This document shows, one piece after another, positions 40,056 to 51,000 of a stretch of DNA of 64,000 nt. The notes below the pieces were generated by a model. It did not search any database and was not told the origin of the DNA. It saw nothing but the letters and a program-made list of their open reading frames with translations. Numbering within the stretch: the stretch's first letter is position 1; each line of letters begins with the position of its first letter. Both the position numbers and the translations under genes were made by a program. This stretch comes from Macrostomum lignano (lineage: Eukaryota), in NCBI GenBank assembly GCA_002269645.1, contig NIVC01002674.1, positions 1-64,000 on the forward strand, read 5' to 3'.

Positions 40056-40649
40056 CAAATCTTCTTGTCCTTAAAAGTTCCCAGAATCTCCTTCATCCTC
40101 TCAAGAATTCGTGAGGAAATCTCATTTAGAAATGTTAATTTTCCACATTACAAACCTGGTGTAGATTAGTTTTCAACTAATCGTTATACCCGTGCTGAAT
40201 TATTAGTTTTATAGCTCATAAAATGCGCGATCCGCTGCTCCCGGTTTTACTGTTTACAAAATCAAATCTGCACTTTAATATTTCGTATAGTTAAGTGCTT
40301 ATGCCAAACCTTAAGTTTTTGCATGTACAGTTTTTAGTCTTTATTTTGCGTCTATGAAATATACTCGTAGTTTTTAAACATATATATATGTATGCACTTT
40401 TCTTACCAGTTATTTACTTGCCCTGTTTGTACATATGTTTATGTGTAAATATTGCAGTATTTTAAAAAAACTAATGCTAAACAAAAGTGCAAATAAAAAT
40501 TCCTGCTTAATTTGTTATTTTTTAAGTTGCAATATAAGTTACAATGGCATAGTATCATATTTTATTTAAGTACTTTATCAGATCATCGTAAAAAGGTATG
40601 CTAGTAATACTAAATAAACAATCATAGCTTCGACCTGAGACTAGAGATC

Positions 40650-41705
40650 CATCATAGAGTCCTACATTAGAATTCTTCTTAAAGTCAGAATCCGTCACAG
40701 AGTCATGTAATCCTTCATTAAGTCATAAAGTCTGTCTTAGAGTCATATAATCAGTCATAGAGTCATAAAAACCATCGTATAGCTATATAATCCGTCATAG
40801 AATCATAGAGACGGTCACAGAATCTGTCATAGAATCATAGAGACGGTCACAGAATCCGTCATAGAATCATAGAGACGGTCACAGAATCCGTAAGAGTCAC
40901 AGAATCCGTCAGTCATAGAATTCGTCATGCAGTCAATGGAATCTGTCATAGAGTTATAAAATCTTTCATAGAGTCATAGAAACCATAATATAGTCATAGA
41001 ATCACATTACAAACCTGGTTTCTAGAGTCATAAAAACCATCATAGAGTCATAGAAACCATCATAGAGTCATAGAAACCGTCATAGAGTCAGAAACCGTCA
41101 TATAGTCATAGTAACCGTCATAGAGCCATATTAACCGTCATAGAGCCATAGATACCGTCATAGAGTTATAGAAACCATCATAGAGTCATATAACCCGTCA
41201 TAGAGTCAGAATCCGTCATAGAGTCAGAAACCGTCATATAGTCATAGTAACCGTCATAGAGCCATATAAACCGTCATAGAGCCATAGATACCGTCATAGA
41301 GTTATAGAAACCATCATAGAGTCATATAACCCGTCATAGAGTCAGAATCCGTCATAGAGTCAGAAACCGTCATATAGTCATAGTAACCGTCATAGAGCCA
41401 TATTAACCGTCATAGAGCCATATTAACCGTCATAGAGCCACAGATACCGTCATAGAGTTATAGAAACCATCATAGAGTCATAACCCGTCATAGTTATAGA
41501 ATCCGTCATAGAGTCAGAAGCCATCATAGAGTCATATAACCCGTCATAGTTATAGAATCCGTCATAGAGTCATAGAAGCCATCATAGAGTCATATAACCC
41601 GTCATAGTTATAGAATCCGTCATGGAGTCATAGAAGCCATCATAGAGTCATATAACCCGTCATAGTTATAGAATCCGTCATAGAGCCCGTCATAGTCAGA
41701 ACCCA
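40650..41705. repeat. ~20-bp minisatellite (GTCATAGAAACCGTCATAGA) upstream of DDX10
   Basis: Degenerate tandem array; same family at 42555-42950. Confidence 0.9.
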
Positions 41706-41830
41706 TCATAAAGTCCTGCTCCCTTGTAGCAGTCAGTCTGTCAGAAAATAACTCAATATTTTATTAAAAAAATCTAGCCAAAGTAATCTCTGTCCTATGC
41801 TGTAATTCCCTTCAAATCCCATGCGTCGTC

Positions 41831-44800
41831 ATGGCAACAACAATAACAGAAGCGGCTGCATCTTCATCAGTCGATTCCCAGCAGCAGTCAAATAAATCCG
41901 ACAAGCCGATTCGAAAGTTCGCCGATTTCCGCTTGAGCGCTCGGACATTAAAAGGCCTGTCTGGCGCCAATTTTGTCAAGCCAACCGACATTCAACGGTT
42001 AGCGATTCCGCCCGCGCTGTCCGGCTCCGACATTGTCGCCTCGGCCAAGACAGGCAGCGGCAAGACGCTGGCCTTTGTTGTGCCCGCCTTGGAGCTGCTT
42101 CACCGGGAGCGCTGGAGCCGCGATCTCGGACTGGGCGCTCTGATTGTGTCTCCAACCAGGGAGCTGGCCTATCAGATCTTCAGAGAGCTGCGACGTATCG
42201 GCGCGAAGCACCAGTTCTCGCTGGGCCTGGTCACCGGCGGCTATCACGATGTTAAAGAGCAGGGCTCTCGGGTTGGCAAGATGAATATCCTGGTTGCTAC
42301 GCCTGGCCGGCTGGTGCAGCATCTGTCTGAGAGGCCCGACTTGAGCACCGATAATCTGCGATTGCTAGTGCTGGATGAGGCTGATAGGTGAGGCAGTTTG
42401 TGCGCTGATAATTCATTTTTGTTTGCCTACTAAAGAGGCTTGTGCCATTCACTGCTATGAGTGCCAAACAACCCCCCCCCAAGGCACAGAAAAGTGTACT
42501 TGTCTACGTGATTAGAAAGTCTGGGACGCTGCACACCCTGTGTGAGCGTGTCATAGCTCATAGAATCCGTCATAGGGTCAATAGAAACCACCATAAGAGT
42601 CATAGAAACCGTCATAGAGTCATAGAAACCGTCACCGACTCATAGAACCCATAGAGTCATAGAAACCGTCATAGAGTCATATAAACCGTCATAGAGTCAT
42701 ATAAACCGTCATAGAGTCATAGAAACCGTCATAGAGTCATAGAAACCGTCATAGAGTCATAGAAACCGTCATAGAGTCATAGAAACCGTCATAGAGTCAT
42801 AGAAACCGTCATAGAGTCATAGAAACCGTCATAGAGTCATAGAAACCGCCATAGAGTCATAGAAACCATCATAGAGTCATAGAAACCATCATAGAGTCAT
42901 AGAAACCATCATAGAGTCATAGAAACCGTCATAGAGTCATGGAGTCATATAATCCGAATCCGTCAGACTCATAATTGGTCATAAAGTTATTAAAACTGTC
43001 ATAAAGTTCTAGAATCCGTTATAGAGTCCTAAAATCTATGAGCACTTTGAGCGCTTTGAGCACAAATCTCCGAACGCGGGCTTTTATGTACTCAGGAGTG
43101 AGCAGGATAGGTGGAATTGCCTATTGAGAGTTAAGCGTTAGGAATCGAACCCCCAACCTCCAAGTCGCGAGTCCGACGCTCTAACCACAAGGCTACAACC
43201 CCACTCACTACTGCATGCACCAATCCAGAATCCTACATCTGGGCTTCAAGGCCGAGCTAGACGCTCTATTGGACTACCTGCCTGCCGAACGCCAGACTCT
43301 ACTGTTCTCGGCTACTCAGACGCGCAGCGTTCAAGATCTTGTCCGACTGAAAATGCGCCAGCCAGTCTGTCAAGTTGACGCCAGTAAGCTGGCTGCCACA
43401 GCAACGCCTGACGGACTCCGACAGGGTTTCGTTCGCTGCCAGTCTGTGTGCGACAAACCGCGCTACCTTTGGCAGTTCATCACTGGCAATAGGCAGAGAA
43501 AGAGTATTGCGTTCTTTGCCACCTGCAAACAGGTGAGATTTGCCTTGCACCTTGCTACATTTTTCACAACCTGTAGATCTACCACGATAAAAAAACGCAC
43601 ATCTCAAATCATTGCTTGACCCACAACCTCCTTACATCTACCACCGCCTGGATCTCCAACCTCTAGATTTATAATAATCTATAGATCTCAAACATCTGCG
43701 TCTAGATATCGCAGCCTCTAGATCTTTCAAACCTCTAGATCTCTCAAAACTCTAGATCTCTAAAACCTCTAGATCTCTATAACGTCTAGATCTCTCAGAT
43801 CTCTAGATCTCTATAACCTCTAAATCTCTCAAATCTCTAGATCTCTCAAACCTCTAGATCTCTCAAGCCTCTAGATCTCTCAAGCCTCTAGATCTCTCAT
43901 GTCTCTAGATCTCTCAAACCTCTAGATCTCTGAAACCTCTAGATCTCTAAAACCTCTAGATCTCTAGAACCTCTTAGATCTCTCAAACCTCTAGATCTCA
44001 TTTCCACAGATCTCCAACTTCTAAATGTATCCCAACCCCAAGCACTCATAGATCTCACAAACCTATAGGTCTCCAACCTTCACAACAAAATCTCCCCGAT
44101 CTTCCATACCCGCCTTCCCAGGTTCGATTCTACAACGAGCTGTTCCTAAAACTTCGGCCCGGCGTCAGAATTCTCCAACTGCACGGCGGCATGACGCAGC
44201 GCCGTCGAACGGCCGTCTACGACGAATTCGTCCGGGTGAAGCACGCCGTCCTGCTCTGCACAGATTTGGCCTCGCGCGGACTCGACTTTCCTGACGTTGA
44301 TTGCGTCCTACAGGTGGACTGTCCGCCCGATCTGCGCACCTACGTGCATCGGGTCGGCCGGACAGCCAGGCTGAGTCGAACTGGCCGAGCCGTTGTCCTG
44401 CTGCTAGACTGGGAGGCCGACACTTTGCCCAGCCTCCTGGCCGGCCTGAGGCCTCCTGTACACCTGGAGCCGGTTAAATTGCGCCTGCCAGTCAAATGGG
44501 ACATTGTTGCTAAGCTGGCCGGATTAGTGGCCGCCGATTGCGAGCTGCGCGGCGTGGCCGAACGAGCGATTCGAACCTATTTGAAAACTTACGCTTGCTT
44601 TGCCGAACTCAAGCAGGTATGAGCTCTGCGTGATTGCTCTCCATCTATTGAGTTGTTTTTCCTGTCTCCATTTTATTTCTTTTCCATCCTACTCTATTCC
44701 CCACCCCCTCCCCATCTCCCATCTCCCCTCTCCCCTTTCCCCATCTCCCCTCTCCCAATCTCCCCTCAATCCACCTCCCCTCTCCCAATCTCCCCTCTCC

Positions 44801-46127
44801 CAATCTCCCCTCTCCCAATCTCCCCTCTCCCAATCTCCCCTCTCCCCATTTCCCTTTGAACCATGCCCCCTCTTCCCATGTCGCATCGCCACATCTCCCA
44901 TCTCACCCTCTCCCCATTTCCCCTTCACCCCGTCTCCCCTCACTCCATATTCTCCCCTCTCCCTGTCTCCCATCTCTTTATCACAAATCTCTCCCTTTCA
45001 AGTCTCTGATCTCCCTATCTCCCCTCTTCTCATCTCCTATCTCCCTTCACCCCTCTCCTCATCTCCCCTCTCCCCTTCCCATCTCTCATCTCTCCTCTCC
45101 CCATCTCCCCATTTCCCGATTTCCCTTCTCCCATATCCCCTTTTCCCAACTCTCTCTCTTGTCCCCCACCCCATTTCACCCTCTCTTATCTTTCCCCAAA
45201 ATCTGAACTCTAATGTCTCTTTAATATCTTTACTCCACAGTCCGCTATAGGATGGTTACTAACCCGCTTAGCAACTTTTTGGCCCAGGTATTCCAAGCCA
45301 ACCGGTTAGACCTATTAGACCTGGCTCGCTCTCACGGCCTGGTCCGGGTGCCCCGCCTGCCCCGCTCCGTGCTGTCTCGCGTTCGATTGCCCGACTATCA
45401 AGACGAAATTGTCGGCGACATTGCAGCCGCTTCCTCCGACGGCGACGGCGACGACAACGATGAAGGCGAGAAGATAAGCGTCGATGCCGACAATGGCGAT
45501 GATTTCTTAGTTGCTAAGCAGCCCGACAACGCCGAAGAAGCAGACAAAGCAGCTGTCAAACAGAATCAGATGCAGAAGCAAAAGAAGCAGACTAAACAGA
45601 ACCAGCAGCCAATTGATGATCATCAACTGTTGAACGAATCCGACTCCGACGACAAGAGTACGTCGAAGCAGAAAAAGAAGAAGACTCTGACTAAAGCCAG
45701 GCTAGCCAAGCGCATTCTGAGCAAGGGTATCCGGCCGTTCACTCAAGTACTATTCGACGATGAAGGCGACGCCGTCGCCGATCCGCGTCGATTGCAAGTA
45801 GCCGTCGGGGCCGAGAAACAAGTCGACGGCGAGGGCGAGGGCGAAGGCGAGGCAGGTCTGGCCATAGACAAAGCCAAACGTCAACTAGAAGCGGAAGACA
45901 TTGTGGACAAGCAGTTGTACAGGCAGATGGTTAAACAGCGACACCGAGAGGCTAAGGCTAAGGCTAGGCAGGCTAAGGCTAAAGCAGCCAGTTCCTCTGG
46001 TCCGTTCGCTAAGAAGCGACGAATAGTCTACGATGAAGAGAATAGTGACGCTGATGAAGATGAACAATCTGAGGCCTCGGATGATGATGCTGATGAGAAT
46101 GATGCTGATAATGAAAGTGACGATTAG
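41831..46127 (+). CDS. DDX10: DEAD-box RNA helicase DDX10 (Dbp4), ~731 aa
   Basis: Exons 41831-42387, 43229-43532, 44122-44616, 45288-46127; phases 2, 0, 0; 2196 nt. Motifs AKTGSGKT, SPTRELA, TPGRL, LDEADR, SAT, RGLD, HRVGRTAR, plus the Dbp4-type REQWSxxxGLGALI-like segment (RERWSRDLGLGALI) and a basic/acidic tail. Confidence 0.92.
42555..42950. repeat. 20-bp minisatellite in DDX10 intron 1
   Basis: GTCATAGAAACCGTCATAGA units. Confidence 0.95.
43133..43200 (-). mobile_element. tRNA-derived SINE head / pseudo-tRNA
   Basis: - strand GTAGCCTTGTGGTTAGAGCG (A box) ... GGTTCGATTCC (B box); anticodon and acceptor stems do not pair. Confidence 0.6.
43700..44000. repeat. 17-bp minisatellite (AACCTCTAGATCTCTCA) in DDX10 intron 2
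   Basis: Tandem copies. Confidence 0.92.
44700..45190. repeat. CT-rich degenerate repeat in DDX10 intron 3
   Basis: ATCTCCCCTCTCCC-type units. Confidence 0.85.
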
Positions 46128-46364
46128 TTTAACAAATCACTTCCAGCACGTTTGTTTACTATTAAATTGATTATGTGCATTTTCTGCAGGTCATTTTTGC
46201 CTCTTTGGCCTTTTAAAAGTATAATGCATTGCTAATGATGAAGAATAGAACGAGGGCTAAAGTTTAAATGCTTGCTCTCTATTTGGTACATACTTTTTGT
46301 AGCATTTTATTTTGTCTTTGATTGAATCCATAAGACCTGTGTATGTAGGGTTTAACAGATTTTT

Positions 46365-46962
46365 ATAGCATTCAATTGATCTTGTAGTATTGGATAGATC
46401 TGTGTAGGTGTAGCATTGGATAGATCTGTGTAGGTGTAGTATTGGATAGATCTGTGTAGGTGTAGCATTGGATAGATCTGTGTAGGTGTAGCATTGGATA
46501 GATCTGTGTAGGTGTAGCATTGGATAGATCTGTGTAGGCGTAGCATTGGATAGATCTGTGTAGGCGTAGCATTGGATAGATCTGTGTAGGTGTAGCATTG
46601 GATAGATCTGTGTAGGCGTAGCATTGGATAGATCTGTGTAGGCGTAGCATTGGATAGATCTGTGTAGGTGTAGCATTGGATAGATCTGTGTAGGTGTAGC
46701 ATTGGATAGATCTGTGTAGCATTGGATAGATCTATGTAGCATTAGATAGATCTGTAATAGCATTGGATAGATCTGCGTAGCATTGGATAGATCTGTGTCG
46801 GTGTAGCATTAGATAGATCTGTGTAGCATTGGATAGATCTATGTAGCATTAGATAGATCTGTAATAGCATTGGATAGATCTGCTTAGCATTAGATAGATC
46901 TGTAATAGCATTGGATAGATCTGCGTAGCGTTGGATAGATCTGTAGTATTGGATAGATCTGT
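46365..46962. repeat. 26-bp minisatellite (GTGTAGGTGTAGCATTGGATAGATCT)n
   Basis: Tandem copies, shorter variants distally. Confidence 0.95.
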
Positions 46963-47046
46963 GCAGGATAAAGTCTAAATCATCATATTTCTCTACTGCA
47001 TGCAATAATTCTAGAAGCAGAAGCAGGAACAATAAACTCAGCGACA

Positions 47047-47340
47047 ATGTCAGACCCTGAGCAGCTGCTGGACTCCCTAGAAGCGGCCTGCCAGTCTCGT
47101 CGTGTCGGTTTAGCGACCTCTTTAAATTCGTTTCGTCAACAGCTGGAGCAACGCCAGGCGGCTCAGCTCAACGCCGCCTGTGGCTGCTTCTCCAACAACA
47201 ATGCCAGCACTAGCGGAGACGGCAGTGTCGAGAAATTCGACGCCGGCAACGAAAATTCTGAAGCTGTTCGTCAACAGATAGAAGAGTTGCAACGGCTGAA
47301 GTCCGCTTTGGAAGCTCAGATGGCTGGTGTTCAGCTTTGA
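47047..47340 (+). CDS. 97-aa predicted coiled-coil ORF, unidentified (orphan gene or upstream exon of DHX37)
   Basis: Non-repetitive ATG-TGA ORF with the CpG-rich codon style of neighbouring exons; heptad-like segments (LNSFRQQLEQRQ; VRQQIEELQRLKSALEAQM); CAG 5 nt before the ATG. Confidence 0.55.
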   Translation: MSDPEQLLDSLEAACQSRRVGLATSLNSFRQQLEQRQAAQLNAACGCFSNNNASTSGDGSVEKFDAGNENSEAVRQQIEELQRLKSALEAQMAGVQL

Positions 47341-47424
47341 CTGGTCGGAGAAAGTGTTCTGGGAATGTATGCAGTTTGTTGACCTACAAGTGCACCTTTT
47401 CCCTGTCTGGGGTCAAGTTTCCTT

Positions 47425-47520
47425 AATCCCCTCCCAAGACACTCGGATATCCCTAATCCCCTCCCAAGACACTCGGATATCCCTAATCCCCTCCCAAGAC
47501 ACTCGGATATCCCCAATTCC
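47425..47520. repeat. 30-bp tandem repeat, 3 copies
   Basis: CCCTAATCCCCTCCCAAGACACTCGGATAT. Confidence 0.9.
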
Positions 47521-47837
47521 TTTCCTAGACACTCAGCTATTCATAATTCCCCCTAAATTTCATTATTCCTTCAATATTTTACCTGCCAAATAATCTTTAA
47601 GTGTAAGTATCAATTGTTACTATAATATTTTTTTCTAATTAAATACATCTAAGAGTACTTAGTTGTAAAAGCACAAGTAACTATTATGCTTTTTGTTGTT
47701 GTCCTGCATTTTATCGTGAATATAAGCGGCGTGAAAGTCTGCAATTTCATTACAAATAAACAGTTTTTTGTATATAGTAAATACAAATAAATAAAAATGT
47801 GAATTTACTTTAAGTATTCATTTCTAATTAACTTTTT

Positions 47838-48035
47838 TGTTTTTCCCTCTAGGTGAGTCACACTTTCCAGTTATGTGAGTCACTGTTACCCTCTAAGTCT
47901 GAGTCACCTTTCCCTCTGGGTGAGTCACCTTTTCCCTGTAGTGAGTCACCTTATCCCTCCAGGTGAGTCCTTTTTCCTATAGGTGTCACATTCTCCCGCT
48001 AGGTGAGTCATTTTTCCGCTAGGTGAGTCACCTTA
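47838..48035 (+). promoter_or_regulatory. Array of pyrimidine-AG-GTGAGTCA units (AP-1-type TGAGTCA cluster / fused 3'-5' splice-site motifs)
   Basis: Perfect TGAGTCA at 47854, 47876, 47900, 47921, 47942, 48004, 48024; TGAGTCC at 47964; period ~20-24 bp. Function unproven. Confidence 0.5.
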
Positions 48036-48060
48036 TTCTATTGGTTTTGCCGCTTAATGC

Positions 48061-51000
48061 ATGCCAACGGAACCAGACAGGCATCAAATTATGAAAGGCG
48101 GATCAAGAGGAATTAAAAGGCAGAAAGCGAAGACAGTCAAGGACGGGTCGTCCTTGGCAGCGGCGGCGCCAGTCACAACTGATGTCGTTATCGACACGAA
48201 TGCCCTGTTTAGCGCCAAAGAGAAATTCGACGCTTCGAATGCTCTGGCTTTGCCCGGCATGCGTCGGCGAAAACGTCGACCTACCGACGATCAAAGCGAC
48301 GACGACGACGACGACGACAATGGCGAAGATGACGAGGAGTCGAAAAAGCGACGCAAACGGTTGAAATTGAAACGCCTGAAACGGGAGCTGCAGTCCGACT
48401 TGTTGACAAAAAAGAAGCGCAAGGAATTGGAGAGAATCGTGAGGAAGAAGGAGAGCGCCAAGACTCGATCGCAACTGTGGGAAGAGCTGCGGCAGTATCA
48501 GTTCCCTAGGGAGGAGGGCGAAGCCACCGCTACGGCGCACCTGTTGCCCTCGGCTGCAATCCACGGCGTAGTCAGGTAGGAAGGTACTTGAAGTTTAGAA
48601 GCGCCATTTATCCTCTTAAATCCCGCATGGGAAGAATCTTGAGTCTTGTGGGCTTCCTCGCCTCTAGAATCCCACATGGGAAGAATCTTGAGCTTGGTCC
48701 TCTAGAATCACACATGGGAAGAATCTTGAGTTTGATCCCCTAGAATCACACTTGGGAAGAATCTTAAGCTTGGTCCTCTAGAATCCCACATGGAAACAAT
48801 CTTGAGTTTGATCCCCTAGAATCCCACATGGAAACAATCTTGAGTTTGATCCCCTAGAATCCCACATGGAAACAATCTTGAGTTTGATCCCCTAGAATCC
48901 CACATGGAAACAATCTTGAGTTTGTCCTCTAGAATCCCCATGGGAAAAATCAAGAACTTGAGTTTGATCCCAGAGATTCTCACATGGGAAGAATCAAGAA
49001 CTTGAGTTTGATCCCATAGAATCCTACATTGGAAGAATCTATAGCTTGATCCCCAAGAATCCCACATGGGAAGAATCTAGTACTTGAGTTTGATCCCCAA
49101 GAATCCCACATGGGAAGAATCTAGTACTTGAGTTTGATCCCCTTGAATCTCACATGAGAAGAATCTTGAGATTGATTTAAAATCCACATCTATCCTTCTT
49201 ACAATCGCTAATCCATATATTTTTAAACAGCAAACGAGCTAAGCCGTCAGATAAGAAGAAATCCCCAGGAGACAACACTGAACCAGACGCCAACACTGAC
49301 GCTTCAATAAAGCCTCTATTAAAAGGTTGGCAACAGCAAAAGCAGCAGCTAGTTAAAGACAGTGACAGTAGCACGGACACGTCTGACATTACCGTGAGCA
49401 GTAGCGAGTCTGAATCTGAGCTTGAGCACGATGACGCTCCAGCCTCAGCATCTATCACTGTTGATGCTCAAACTAATGACGAATCAAAAGCAACAGCGGA
49501 AGCAGAAGCAGAAACAGCAATAAAAGAACACCGACCGGCAACATTTGTTCAGGTGCGCAGATCGAAGGCTGTACAGCAGCGTAGACTGGAGCTGCCCATA
49601 CTGTCCGAAGAGCACAGCATCATGGAGGCGGTGTCCGGCAATGATGTTGTGCTAATTTGCGGTCAGACAGGTAGCGGCAAGACTACTCAAGTGCCGCAGT
49701 TTCTCTACGAGGCTGGTTACGCCTTAGACGGTAGACGGGTTGTTGTAACCGAGCCTCGGCGTGTTGCCGCCATAGCAATGTCCGAGCGAGTCGGACAGGA
49801 GCTCGGTCTTGGCCGAAATCGGGTGGCCTATCAGATTCGCTATCAGGGCAATGTGACCGAGGATACTGTTATTAAATTTGTGACGGATGGAGTGCTGCTT
49901 AAGGAGGTTGGTTGTGTCTGTAGTTTGTTGTTTTAAATCTTAGTTTAATTACATTGGCCTTATAAACAGTGGACTCAAAACTTAAAGGTCGGGGGTTCGA
50001 TTCCCGATCTCAGTGGAACAATTTGTGTCCTTAATTGCAAGATTTTTAAGACACTTAACTCTGCATTGCTTCAGTTCACCCAGCTGTAAAATGGGTGCCA
50101 GCATTAGCTGGGGTAATTGAGAGTGTGTGTGGCGACCCCTCAGTCCTTGGACTGGACAGCCGTACGCAGCCTTCAGATGCGCCGCGCAATAGCTGCGGCT
50201 GAGCTGTGGTTGCACACCTGGTCCAGTTGGGGCTGGTGTAATCAATTATTTTTTATTAACAGGTACTCACTTGTGGTTTATGTGGACGGGGAGCTCGTCA
50301 GACCCTTGGGCCGCGATCCCTGGTTCATTTTGTTTTGGGGCTTGTGTGCACGAGAATTGGCGATGCACACTCAGGAAACTGTTCTGGAACGGTTTCTAAG
50401 AATCGCTCGGAAACGGTTTCTAAGAATCGCTCGAAAACGGTTTCTAAGAATCGCTCGGAAACGGTTTCTAAGAATCGCTCGGAAACGGTTTCTAAGAATC
50501 GCTTGGAAACGGTTTCTAAGAATCGCTCGAAAACGGTTTCTAAGAATCGCTCGGAAACGGTTTCTAAGAGTCTCTCGGAAACGATTTCTAAGAATCGCTC
50601 GTAAATTGTTTCTAATAATCGCTCGTAAATTGTTTCTAATAATCTCTCGGAAACGGTTTCTAAGAATCATCCGGAAACGGTTTCTAAGAATCACCGGGAA
50701 ACGGTTTCTAAGAATCATCCGGAAACGGTTTCTAAGAATCACCGGGAAACGGTTTCTAAGAATCTTTTTAAAATTGTTTCAAAGAATCTTTCTGAAATAG
50801 TTTCTAAGAATCGCTCGGAAAATGTTTCTAAGAATCGTTCTGAAATGGTTTCTAAGAATCGTTTAAGAATTGCTGTAGCTAAAGTTGGTCGTATATGAAT
50901 CCCTATAAAAATCGCCATAACAATAACGCTTTACTCCCCAGCTCGAATCCGACGTATTGTTGCGCAACTATTCTGCAGTTGTAATCGACGAAGCGCACGA

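Noticed and set aside
43133-43200. Functional tRNA gene (also 49965 and 52545)
   Set aside because: A and B boxes are present but the stems do not pair; these are SINE heads.
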